Shown here: positions 1-13,655 of the stretch, piece by piece
How the letters are laid out: each line of letters starts with the position of its first letter
How positions within the stretch are numbered: position 1 is the first letter of the stretch
NCBI GenBank assembly: GCA_964057225.1
Contig: OZ059895.1
Span: 5,580,001-5,644,000 of the forward strand
Length of the DNA: 64,000 nucleotides
Origin: Auanema rhodensis
Lineage: Eukaryota > Animalia > Nematoda
Direction of reading: 5' to 3'
Position numbers and translations under genes: made by a program
Notes under the pieces: generated by a model
Told to the model about the DNA's origin: nothing
The model's input: only the letters and a program-made list of their open reading frames with translations
The model's database searches: none

Positions 1-691
1 AATTGGTTGTAATGAACAAGTTCATAACCAGCATTGAAAGACTATATTGAAGTCAATGACGCATGAGCAACATAGGTTGAATTAGTCAGGTTCTATCTAA
101 GCTTATTCACTTAAATGAATTTTTAGATGGATTAAGTTCAGAAACAAGAGAAAATGGACCAAGCAATAGTAAAAAAATTTAAAAAAAAACATAAAAATAT
201 TATGAAAATATTTGGAGAGATGACCAGCATAAACAAAACTTCACGTGAAAAGTTTAAATTATTAAAAAACAATTAACTATATGGTAACTATATCATAACT
301 ATATGGTTTTATAATATAAAATACAATGTTATAATTAAGATTATAGTATATTCATGTTAACTATATGTATATATGGATATTTACAAAATGAATAGATTAT
401 ATGAAACATGTGGATATTTGACTTATTTGGAAAACATGAAAATACATTTCTCACATATGTATGTTCGTCAAAAACAGAAAGACATTATACTCTGAAGCTG
501 AATGGTGAGTGGATGACTTGTTGGTTAGGATCTCTGAGTGTGCTGGCTGAAATCTCCATCTGGAGAACAGAGCAAGATGGGGAAGAAGAAGAAAGAAAAA
601 GAATTGGCACCAAGTTTTCTTCTTTGTCATATGCATGAGACCGTAGTGATGTGATTGGAGATGCTCCTTTAGGTATTCGGTAGAATGGCAT

Positions 692-774
<83 letters not shown>

Positions 775-786
775 CGAGAGAGAGAA
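692..786 (+). repeat. (GA)n microsatellite, imperfect
   Basis: Direct inspection. Confidence 0.95.
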
Positions 787-2697
787 CAGAATATTAGGCT
801 TACAATCTTAAACGGTTTCTCCAGTTCTCGGGATAATCAAAGCTAAGTTAGGAAATCCAGGTTGTATGGATATGATTGTGTTGACAGCGTGTGTGTGTCG
901 AAAGCGCAGGGTGAGGGTGGAGAGCGGGGGTGTAGGAAGGAGGAGAGATGGAAGAGAGAAAGAAATAGAACCAGAGCAGGCAGGGAAACATTTTTCGAGC
1001 CAGAGTCAGCTAAAGCTGAAACCTGATGAATATGAGAGAGTATTCATGTGTGATGTGAAGCAGAGGAGAGTGTAAGACGCAGCGAGAGACTGCGATTCTG
1101 TTCTCAATGGCTGCCGTAGAGCCGCAGAACCAGAACCAAACGGGCAGCTCGGCAGGCAACCACAGTTAGAAAAATGAAAAAAAGATAATAAGGAGAGAGG
1201 AAGAGAGAGAGAAGGAGGGTGAGAGATATATAGAGAGCGAATGCAAGATAAGTTTTAGATGGGAAGGAAGTAGCGAGCAAGAAGCTCACTACTACACCTG
1301 TAATCAACATCATTTTCAATTTCTCTCCTAAATATTAGCGACAGCATGTGATATAATGAATTCCGATGGGGGGGAAATATTTTCAGCCAAACGTGAAATA
1401 TTTATATTTTTTTTAAATTTTGAAGATGTCACAGCTGTTTTTGATTAAAATCGAAGAAACTAATATGGAGAGGTAAGTAGAAAAAACAGAAGGAAGGAAG
1501 TAAAATTAAGAAGTTATATCATAACTGGAATATAAGACAGTTGATTTATAATTGAATCAGATTATGATTATAAGAAGCTATGAAACATAAAACAAATAAT
1601 AAAATCAAGAATATTGCTCTATTTTTGTTAAAAAAAAAAGAAAAAAAAGAAGATTTCGATAATGATGTTGATGAAAAAAAGCTGGTAATGATCGAGGGTG
1701 GTATTAACGTAAGAATATTGTAAGAACAAAAAAAATGTAATTAATGGTATGTGAGTACGAAAAAGGAGATGATGTGATATAGGTTGTTGGTAAAAAAGTA
1801 AGCGGTGGAAGATGAAACATACATATGTATATATCTTTATATAATTTTACTTTTATTTCATAAAATGAATTAATATTATGAAAATTTATATATTTTATAT
1901 AATATAGTATAAATTATTATAAAATATTAACTATAAGTAACAGTTTAATATAAAAGATTAACAGATGAAAGAGGATAAAACATTAAAAATGCTATTATTC
2001 GCTCTTTTCATCCAAAGAAACAGTCTGAAAAATGAAGAAAAAAGGTTGGTATTTTTCATAAACTTCAAATTCAAAATGTTGTACTCAACATTGTACAGTT
2101 ACAATTATTTTTGAATGATATCTGCAACACAAAATGTTTGATAATTGAGTAGAAGCTGGCTGCTGATGTTGTTGCTACTACAAGAGTTGTTGTATCTTTG
2201 AGCTCACAATATAGAAGCAAGAGAAAAACAAGAGAAAATACAAAAAAGAAATGCAGAAAATGAGATAATGTGTGAAGTATAAGATGAAGAAAAGAAGAAA
2301 GAAGACGTCAATATAGAACTTAGTATTGAGAGATTCTTTTTTTTTCTCATTCTTCATGTATTTCATCTATAATACTCTACTACGTCTCTACAGTTGATTT
2401 CGTAATAATTCCAAGAATATGAAATAATTTTTAGCAAAAATGGAAAGAAATATGATTTCAGAGATCAGTTCTATATGATAACTTGAATATTCTAATATAT
2501 AATAATTAATGAATGAAAAGCATTCAATCACACGGAATTAAATGAAAAAAAAAAAGTTTTTTTGCTTTCGTCTCATCGTCTATTTCCTGCTTTCAAGTTG
2601 TATTATCAATTTGCTTTGAAGCTTGAACTAAGTTGAACGCAAATGATCTCATATATTTGAATAAACTACTACAACCTTTTCTTCGACTGTGAGCTAA

Positions 2698-2746
<49 letters not shown>

Positions 2747-3680
2747 GGTTAAGACAGAAGATTGTACTCAATGTAACTCTAAGTATTATCTTGTAAATTA
2801 CTATAAGATTGCTTGTTTTAATATTTCTCTTTGCAAGCATAGCCACAATAATACTCATAAATGTTGAGGAAAACACAAAAAGGAAAGATTGTTGAGCAGA
2901 ATATTGCTCAGCTGATTCTGGCTTCTCGCTCATCGACGTCAACAACAACGACATGACGACAAGCGAACAGTGAGGCTTCAATCACAAGAGGATGAAGTCG
3001 TTGATACAAAAAATTGAGCATTGCGGATATTCTTAATCATAAACTTTAATTCTAACGATGAATATTAGAAACATACATGATTTGAATTTCTATTCTTTAT
3101 GTCAGTGATGTTGCGAAGCTTGTATGAATCAGTGTCAAGCCAGCTGAACTTGAGCAAGTTGGAATCGTAATGAACTGATAGGAAGGTAAAACGGCAAAGC
3201 TGTTTGAAGGCTGGTTTAGTAGGCTGATGACTAAATACTGATATTGGCTTTCGTTCTTTAGCCATGAAGCTATTGGCTAGATGCAGCTGAATGACGATTG
3301 ATGATATCAGCATTTATCGTCTTGCATTTTATGTTTCAGATGAATGAACGTTGTTAATAGTTAGTTTAACATTCTAACGGTATGATGCTCATGTTTCTAA
3401 AACGGAAATCAAGCTGAATCATATGTGCGGAAGAAGAAACAGCTTCACGTGATTAGCTTACATCCTGTTTTTATAAAATGATGTATCAATAATGAAAGAA
3501 GACGATTTTCAAGATAAAGAATATTATAATATAATTAAATATAAATTTGATACAGTAAACTATAAATGTTTTTGATATAATTTAATTGAAAATGGTAAAT
3601 AAGGAAAATTTGAAGAACATTGAGATAAGTATGATAGAACTTGAAAGAACATACTTATACTGAATAAAGGTAAAGAGTAT

Positions 3681-3733
<53 letters not shown>

Positions 3734-6700
3734 TAGAGAGAGAGAGAAGAGGTAACAAGACATATGAAGTTCAAAAATAGTTTGAATATCATGACGATGA
3801 TGATGTCATTCAACATGATATTTTCAATTTTTGAAAGCCCTTCCATGAAATGAGCAAAATGATTCCGGCCGTCGGGTATAATGTTCCGGTTAGATATCCT
3901 TATCAACCAATCATCCGGAGATAATTGTATTCAGGAACAGTTGGATATATTGGAGAATTTACACCTCATTCAGCATTATAACTGACCACCCTACCATTTC
4001 AGGAAAATGTGATTTGCTTTTCAGGATGTCTTTCCGGAAAACCAAAAAAGGAAGTCTATCCGGTTGAAAACGGTTTGTTGATTTCGATGAAATAGTAAAA
4101 CGATGAAGATAATACGTTTTCTGAAAAGGATTGAAATGAAAGAAATATTTAAATACAAGAATCAAGAGAGAATTTATAAGTAAATAGTTAAAAAATTATA
4201 AAATAAGTTAGTATAGTTAACACATCTAATATCAATGTATGACGATGATGTAAAGAAAAATTATAATAACAAGATGTCATTATTAGATAGAATTCTATTT
4301 ATAGAGGGAGAAGAGAAAGAGAGAAAGAGAGAGAGACAGATTTGGATAACCGAATGAGGGAATTGTATTTGTTTGAATCTCCTATCGAATCAACAACAGA
4401 TCATGATTATCATCAGACGATTTGATGGCATTTTTCTTTAAAGAAATAAAAAGAAAACTATGATGCAATTCAATTGTATACATTATGGTAAAGAATAGTA
4501 AAAATGGGAAAAAGAATGAATGAGAACATGAGACATCGAACATGAGTTTGTTGTTGAAAATCTTTTGTTTAATAAAAAATAAATATTTTTGTTGAATATC
4601 AATTAGAAATACAAATCATATATGATATTTAAAGTAATTTATATAATAAAACATATAATTAATTAATATTTTACAAATAATAATAAAGAATTTACATTTT
4701 AATTCTTAAAAATATATTGAAATATCTGTAAAAAATTTTAAAATGATTACGTCAAAAGGTGAATGAAAAATAGATTTATGATGTAAGAATAAATAATTTT
4801 TAAAACATATATGTATATACATAGATGAATGATTTGAAAATTAAAATATAAATTAAGAAAAGAAATAAAAGAATTTTCTTAAAAAATAATTAAAATATTT
4901 TAATATTAACTATATTATTATTATTTTTCAAAAAGAAAACTATTCTGAGTTCTTTTCGCTTTTCCTTGCTCATGAAATGAAAAGCAAATGTGCTCTTCTG
5001 ATAATTTAACCAAAAATGGCTGGATAGTCTGATATGTTTAGATGGATGACGATAGTTCTTAGGCTGATCTTTATATTTTCTTAGAATATACAATAAATTT
5101 AATTTAATTAAAACGTTAACTATAAATAATAATTAATATAATTATATAGTAGAAAAAAAAATATATAAGTGATAGAGGTGAGAATTAGAAGAAAGATAAA
5201 CTATTAAGAATGAGATAATCCGTCACTGACTTTCATTGAATCTATCTTTCTCTCTCATATCATCTCTTCTTTGTCTATGATTCTTTGTTTGTTATGCAGT
5301 AAAATCTTAGTGACTATTATCACAAAAAATAAATGATCAAAGTTTTTTTTTTGATTATTTTGTATTTTGAATTTCAAAGAAGCTGAAGAATAAAATATTT
5401 ATTATAGGTTTTCCTATTTCATAAAGAGAGAGAGAGAACGAGAGAGAGAGAGAAGTAACTTCATATAAAAAAAATTTTTGTGAGAAAGACGATCAAAACA
5501 TTAAAGTTTGAGTTTTGTGAGGTAGAAAACAGAATAATTATAGAAGATGTATATGTATGTTGGTACAAAACAGGAACAACATCATAAGGTTGTTAAAAGA
5601 TCTAAGCAATTTTGATATTAGATTGTTATATAAGTAAAGTAAAAGATTATTATATTGAATAAAACAATATTTAAATATAAAAAGAGAATTCAAAATAAAA
5701 TTTGAGACCGTTGTAGCCAACATTCTCACATGAAATATCTAAAATTTTGCATATTGAATGAAAAGTAACATTTTTCAAAGTTTAATCTATGAATATTTGT
5801 TTGAATAACAAACTATTCTATGAATTAACTATGTATATATAAGATAATATCATCATTTAATGAATATGTTCTGAAACATTTTTGTATAATCAAAAAGTAG
5901 GCAAACTTCAAAAGAAAGTAAGCTTAGAAGTTTGTAACTTCAAATATGATTCAAAGAAAACTGATGAAAACAAAAGAATAATGTAAATACAAAAAGAAAA
6001 TAATTAAAAGTTATTTTCACCAAATGTCATAGAAATATGATAAGAAGGTTCAGGAAAAAATTAAAAGAGAAAGATATGGAGAGAGGGAGAGAGAAGATCA
6101 ATTGAATTCATTCGCTTTCCTTTCTTTCACTTCATTTTCTGGATAAATATACAAGTTCAATGTGAGTACGAAGAAACGATTGAGATTACGCTGAGGGAAG
6201 CGTATTTCGAGGGAGCAGTGAATGTTAAAGAATTGAAAACTAGAAATAGAGAAGATGAAGGAAGAAGAGAAAAGAAGAGAGAGAGAGAGAGAGAGAGAGA
6301 AAAGTGTTGCTAACAACTAGTCAGCAGAAACAAAAAAGGACAACAATCAACTTTAATGTAATCAAATATTAATTTAATTGGAACCAAAATATAAAGTAAA
6401 TCTAAAAAAGGTAAGGATAGGTATATAAAGAAATAGAGAGAGAGAGAGGGAGAGAGAGAGAGAAAGAAATTCTATATACACATAGTATATTTCGTACTCT
6501 TACTATCTATTTCTATCTTTTCTACTCCATTAATTTATATTTTATTCTCTCCTGTTTTAAAATAATATTCCGTTCAACACGTCCGACCACCCGCTTCAAT
6601 GCTATCATATTGCACTTATCTGATTCCAAATATAGTATTCACAAGCATAATATTCACAGAAAAATCTGAGATATTTAACATGCTTCAGGCTATAGAAGGA

Positions 6701-8206
6701 AGCAAAAGGAGGGAAGATGACAGGATTATATGTATATTTATGAATAATATATAATATAAACATATATAGTTTAGTATTGTTTAAATGAAAAAATACAAAA
6801 AAAAAGAATAAATGATTGAAGGAAGGACAGAAAAAAAGATGAAAAGACATGTGAACTGAGAGGATAGAAGAACGAACGATGAAAGACCTCCTCATTCAAT
6901 TGCTTCTATAAGATGAAGGAAAATGAAATAATTTGCTTATGAAATGATTTTTTGAAAAAGAATAAAAGTAAAAAGACAAGGATTGAATGTATATAGAAGG
7001 ACATTTTTAGTTATTCGAGCTTTTCTTTTTTTTTCCTTTTTGGCCCTTTCCTCCTACCCCTTTTTCCAAAGAGAGAGAGAGAAAAATAGAAATAAAGAAA
7101 GAGAGAGAGAGAGAGAGAAATAGAGAGAGAACGAGAAATTACATCGTCCAGCTAAGGGGAAGACATTCATACTATTTTGGTGTTGTTGTTGTTGTTGTTG
7201 TTGTTCCAGTTGTTTGGTTAAAGCTTACAAGATTGGAAAAAGTGAGGAAAAATAAAGAAAAAGAAGAAATGAGAGGGATAGCTATATACATATATGTATA
7301 TGTATATGTATATTCACATCCATTTCTATACAATATATATAAAATTTTAAAAATCTGAAATCATGTTGAGTATAAAGAGATAATAGATTCTCTTTACCTC
7401 TATCTTAGTTATCTACATTCAACTCGTTTTTAAGGTTTTTTTAGATTTTTGAGCCATTAAATGAAAATGGAAGTTTCAGTTGCAAACGATATGGCTTGAA
7501 GCACAAAAAATAGAATTACCGCCAGCTTGAGTCTGGCATTCACCAGAATATCTCTATGAACTCAATGCTCCTCATCACACCCATGTTTCACTCTCTTCCT
7601 CTTTTCAATATTACGTATTGCTCTCTCCTTTTACTAGATATACCCTAGGGAATTCCCAAAATTATCTTTAAGTGAGAGTGCAAATCACAAACTATATAGA
7701 GCATACAGATCAAAATACGTTTGAACTAAACGAGAGCAAAAAATGATAGTGAAGCTTATGAGGTGGCCAGAGCTAGAAATGAGCTCTCTGCTTTTATCCA
7801 TCTCCCTTTACTCTTTTTCACTCTGTCTCTATCTGTTATCCTATCTTTATCTCTTCTCTCTGTTCTTCTCCCTCACAATTTCTTCTCTCTTTCTATGCCA
7901 TTAAGCTTTCCCATAGCCGATGGCGAGAAACGATGTATCAGCTTGAAAGAGGACCGATAGCATAGAACGGCAGGACACACATGCATTCATGGAAAGTTTA
8001 GAAGAGTATAAGAGAAAGAAGAGAAAATAGGGAAAATAGCAGGGCATGAAGAAGAGAAAATGATGCAAAAAATAGAAAAAGGAGCGAAAACGAGGAAAAG
8101 TAAAGGCGGGATAACGCTAAGGCTAGAGGCAAATGTGGTCTAGTAACCGCAATCGGAACAGAGAGAGAAATAGAGACAGATATGTATATGTAGAGAGAGA
8201 GGGAGA

Positions 8207-8240
<34 letters not shown>

Positions 8241-10043
8241 AAGAGAAGAATAAGATAGACAAAAATGGCACTATAGTAAAAAAAGGGCTGCAGAATTGAA
8301 TAGAACGAAAATAGAACTAGAGGATAGACAACCATATTTGAGGCCCTCCGGCTGTTTCGTCCTTCTGGCATCGAAAAGAAAAAAAAAAAGAAGAAAAAGA
8401 AAACTGAAAGTATGAACGAAAGAAAAGCTACAAACACCATTCTAAATACATATATTGTTCTAAAAATATTTCTTCAAAGCTACAAGTAGTATTAGAGAAT
8501 ACAAACTAACAACATGTGCATATATATATATAATATATAATATATATATGTATATATAGTATAGTTTATCTTAATTATAAAATATTACAATAAGTATATC
8601 AAAATAGTTTTGGTATCATAAGCTTTAGGACATAATCATTAATAAAATTACCGTAATCTCAAATGACATAATTAAGGCATAGTAAACGGAAATAAATATA
8701 CATATAGTATATATATATATACTAGATAGATATAGTTAAATGTACAAACATCTTATATATATACTATACTATACTATATATACTTTGACATAATGGGAAT
8801 GAGGCAATTCAAATTATAATGATTATAAGGAATTAAATAATAATAATATCTATTTAACTATTTGAACTAATAAAATTTAAAATTATTCTACATGTACATT
8901 ATGTTAGTATAATTAAAAATATAAAATATAATATGAACATATACATAGATGTATATATTCAAATTATAATTTGTTCTATAATCCTTACAATACGAAAAAA
9001 AAAAACAAAATTGTATATAATATAATTTATATTATAAATAACTATTTAAACTATTTATTTTATACATATGTCTGTTAATATATATTTTGTTTTAGAAACC
9101 TTCTTCGTTTATCTTAAGTGGTGTATTAAAAATTTGGAATGCATCAATCTCAAATGGCAAAAAGTCATCAGCAATAGCAGTATCAGACATCTAATTCTTG
9201 AAATTTAGATTTTAAAAGATCAGATGAAAGACAAAAAATAATTCGTTTTCTGTCTTTTATTCAAACTTAAATGTAATTAACTATGCATATAGTTAAGAAT
9301 ATTTTATAATTATATATATATATAAAATAATAAAACTATATTAATATACATAATTTATTATTAAAAATAAAAAAAAATAAAATTCAAAAATGGCAATAGT
9401 AGAAGAATTGAAGACAAAGAGATTGAATAAGATATATAGAAAGACAGAGACTTGTGAAACTGCCGTAAACATGCAAAGCAATTAGCTTACTTTATTGATT
9501 AGAAGAAGAAAAAATATTATATATATATATATACTATATATATATAATTAATAATTTAATACTAATTATTATTATATATATATACCTAATTAATATAAAA
9601 AAAATTAAACCAATTGAAGAAACAAAAATTAAAATATAAAATATTCTAATTAGTCACGTGTCACGTATATCATTTTATTTGTATTTTTTATATTTTATTT
9701 ATATATTAAAATAGTTATCTATAAGGTATGTTTATTTATATATTTTATAGTTTGTTTAGTTATTTTTATAAATTTTTGTCGATAAAAATTAAAAACTGTA
9801 GAAATGAACAAGTTCAAATATTCTTAAATAAACTATAAAAACCTTTGTTTATAAAAAAATCAACTTTAAAAGTAAATTTAAACTTTTTCATATAAAGTTT
9901 TATGTAATTTATCTTTGAAGTAAAATTATTATAAATAATAATTAGGAAAACTTATTTGTTCTTGTTAGGTATTCAATTTTTATCGCATAGTTAGTATAGT
10001 TTTTTAATTATTTTAAAAATTATTTTGTTATTTTAATCAAAAT

Positions 10044-11765
10044 ATGTCTATTGATGTATGTTTCATTTATAGTATGATGTATATTTCAATATAGTTATCA
10101 TAATATTGATTATAATATTATTTGATTGATCAATATTCTCTTATATTGACTGTCTTTATTTTACCTTAAATTTATTTTTTTTTTATTTTTAAAAATTATT
10201 TATCTAAAATATAATATTATTCTTAATTATTTGATAAAATTATATTTATATTTTTCTTACAATTTTCTTAATTTATATGATATTGTATAGCTGAAATTGT
10301 AAAATTTTTTTATGATTTTTGTAGATAATTAGAAAAGAAATGCTTGAATCAAGTACAATTGAAGAAGCTTTTACAGCATTCTATACATGTTCTGATTTAT
10401 CTGATAATGTTTGGATGACATTAAGTGAAGGTATAGATCATTTAGTAAGTTATATCATATAATATAAGATATAATTGTATATTATAAACAGGATTTATCT
10501 GATATTGTTAAAGCTAAAGAAATTGAAAGTACAGCATTACTAGGTATTGAGCATTGTGATGAAACTCAAAAAATGGTTTGTTAAATTATCATTTAAATTA
10601 TATTTTTTATTAAATATTTAGATGAATAGATTGGAAAAAGGTTTTGAATATATACGTCCAAAATTTGTATATTTGATGGACAAGTAAGATAATTTTATTA
10701 TAATTTTATTTGTATTATACTATAGAATCACTGAAGCTAAAAGACAAACTGAAGATTTAACTATGAAGAAAAATCAGTTGTCGCGATACTGTACAGAGCA
10801 AGCAGAAAAATTAGAAATGGTATGGTGTTTATAAGATATTTAAATAAAATTATTATTAATTATAAATTTAAAATTAAAAACAAATTATATATTGTATGTT
10901 TCAGTTGAGGATGAAACAACAAGAACGTCGTGAATATCCACGAAAATCTGATACTTATACAGTTGTTTTTCCTGAAACAAAAAAACCAGTAATACGTCAA
11001 TCACGTGCTGTAAGTATTAATATCTTAATATAATGTATAATTAAGATTTAATATTTATAGATGACAAGACAGAATAAAGTTAAAAATGCTATCAAAACAC
11101 CAATAACATATAAAACTCCTATTGTATGTTATTTATTTAATTATATAATATATAAATTATAATATTTAGTCAGATGAAACAATGTATTTCTCAATCTCAT
11201 CTAATAGAAAGGATGTTGTGGTATGTTATAACTTAATTATATATTTTTTTAAATATTTTATGTGTTTTAGAGATTTAACCGTGATAGTATGGATGATGCT
11301 GATATTGATTCATTGAAAAATCAAAATAATTATGTATGTTTCAACATTTTCTATTAATTATATTATAACTATAACTATATGTCATTTAATTTTTATAATA
11401 ACTATTGTATTCGTATAGGATTCGGAACATGCTCATGATCAAAGAAGATATGATGATATTCCTCGATTGGTTAGTTGAAATATTTTAATATTCAAAATTA
11501 TATTATTTAGATTGATGATCCTGAAATTGACTCGGCTTTGGTTCGTTCAAAGCGTAACCGAAGCCGTGGTCTGTCTGGTGCACGCAAGGTGGCGAAAGTA
11601 AGTTGGAGATACTTATTTCGAATAAGTTGCTAATCTATATAACTGCTAAGACGAATTGATGCTGCTAGTTTATTTTAGAAATTGCTACGAAGATCACGCT
11701 CACTATCTCATGCACTTCGTGGTAAAAGAGCTTTACCTACCAATAACCAAGTAGTTGATGTGTAA
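10044..11765 (+). CDS. Uncharacterised ~292-aa protein, 12 exons; N-terminal helical/coiled-coil region and basic RSRS-rich C-terminus
   Basis: Exons 10044-10055 (tentative, MSID), 10325-10444, 10492-10575, 10622-10683, 10726-10819, 10905-11009, 11061-11123, 11170-11220, 11271-11333, 11419-11469, 11511-11597, 11679-11765. All introns are GT-AG and the frame stays open (MSIDIIRKEMLESSTIEEAF...KLLRRSRSLSHALRGKRALPTNNQVVDV*). Alternative start is ATG 10340. No family recognised. Confidence 0.85.
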
Positions 11766-12050
11766 GATTTTAAAGAAAACAAATAATTATCTAAGAAATT
11801 CATATTGTAATCCATATTTTGCAGTTTACTTAATACAACATCATTTTATGCTGTACAATAAGTTTTATTGGATTTTAAATATATATTTCTTTGTTTTTAT
11901 TTATTCATTTTTAAGAAAAATAAATTTTTTTTTGCTTGATATGACACATTTTTGTGATGCAATTAATACATATAAATACATAATTAACTGTATAATCTCA
12001 ATAAATAATATATTCTCTTAACTATATGATATAACATACTATGAGTCAAT

Positions 12051-12357
12051 TCAAATGGAAGCAGTTACTGAACAGGTGTTGTTTGAGTTGTGTGATCGAA
12101 ACGCTTTCACAGTCTGTCGTAATTTTGCTCGTTGATGTCGATATTGTATTCTGAAAAAGTTGTTAACTATACTAATTATAATATATTTATTAATATACGA
12201 ACTCATTTATAGTATAAACAGTATTAATAGTCATAATACCATAAATGAATTTCATAAATGTTGGATTAATTGGTTTGAAGACAGATACAATCAGAATTGC
12301 AGAACAGCCGATATGAGCTAAATCGGAAATAATTTCTAAGTTTCCCGCCGAAACCAT
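12051..12357 (-). CDS. Small 84-aa protein with two hydrophobic segments, 2 exons
   Basis: Exons 12357-12203 and 12150-12051, joined in phase 2 (GT...TTTTCAG). Protein: MVSAGNLEIISDLAHIGCSAILIVSVFKPINPTFMKFIYGIMTINTVYTINEIQYRHQRAKLRQTVKAFRSHNSNNTCSVTASI*. An ATTCAG acceptor lies 7 nt before the ATG with an in-frame stop in between. Confidence 0.65.
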
Positions 12358-12877
12358 TGATTATCTGAATGAGCAACAAGATGAACTTGAATAGAGACAT
12401 GAGATGATCATGAAAAAAAGAAAGGAAAATGAAATATTATAAGGCTTAAAGCTTAAAACTTAAGATATAAGATAAAAAATTATTTATTTAAATTCAAAAT
12501 TTATATTGTTAATTCATTTTAAACAAAATTTTCATTGATTGATAAGATAGTTGTATGATGATTTTTTGGCCCCCAAATGATTGTCTCGCTTTGTCCTGTA
12601 TAGATAACAAACGAAAACAGGCGGTATTGTTCGGAGATGATGATATATGTTAAGATAGCATAGCTTAATATATAAGAATCAAACTATAAAATAGAATATG
12701 ATTAATGATGTCATTTAGTATAGTTAAAAAGGGTAATTAGACAAATCTTGAATGAATTTTATATAAATTAACTGAATAATATTGTTAAATATTCAAAGAT
12801 TAGTTCTTAGGATATGTTTATTCTCTCATGGAATCTGAACTCTTCCAAGAGATAGAGAGTGAGAGATAGAGATATAT

Positions 12878-12891
<14 letters not shown>

Positions 12892-12944
<53 letters not shown>
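12892..12944 (+). repeat. (GA)n microsatellite
   Basis: Direct inspection. Confidence 0.95.
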
Positions 12945-12949
<5 letters not shown>

Positions 12950-13290
12950 GATGCGGAACAGAGATAGATAGAAGTGGGAGGCGAAGGGGGTGGGGGCGTG
13001 TTAGGGGGGAAATGCGAGGCTCTTGGCCTTCTGGCATGCGGCCAACAAAAAAACCGCATCGTTGTCTGACAGCTATCTGTCGTGTTCATGCTATTTCAGC
13101 TGTTTGTCGTCCGAAGTCTGCGTTCTCCGTGAAGTGCAGACTGCCTCGTCCCCTATGGGGGCATTCACATGGCCCTTTTGCCGGCCCTTTCGTCGGTTAT
13201 TGATCGGGGGCCTCAAACCGGGCCCCTCCTCTCCCTCTCACCCTCAAGCGCCTTCAGGCCTCATCATCAGACAGTTGCTGTCTGCTAATT
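12945..13290. promoter_or_regulatory. GC-rich island, probable (bidirectional) promoter region between the divergent genes starting at 12357(-) and 13656(+)
   Basis: Sharp rise in GC next to a (GA)n tract, G-runs at 12976-13008, repeated GGCC words, and a position between two divergent start codons. Confidence 0.45.
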
Positions 13291-13655
13291 GAGAATATCT
13301 ATGTGTTCTGTACATTTGATACAAGCTTCTTTGCAAGCTGATATCACACATTTAAGCTGGACCCTATGACATCGGACATGCTTCTGCCATTGCTTGTTTG
13401 AGATCGTATGGTACCAGAAGTTATTAGATGAGATGATTTAATAATATAAGCTATATCTTTTTTATTTTTCATTATAATGTCTATATAACAATTGAATTAG
13501 TAAAATATCTATCTCTACGTGCAATATCTATTTTCTTTTCTTCGTTTTTTCTGTTCTTCTTACTGTATTTATCGTTTTGTGACCTTTTAATCTCAGCTAT
13601 TCCGATTTACGACAAACCATTGAGTGGATAAAGGACGTTCAGATACTGATATGTG

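Noticed and set aside
9100-9190. Exon-like minus-strand ORF MSDTAIADDFLPFEIDAFQIFNTPLKINEE with an AG directly before the ATG and a GT donor after it
   Set aside because: No convincing downstream phase-1 exon found, and the + strand is equally open here. It may be real but cannot be supported.
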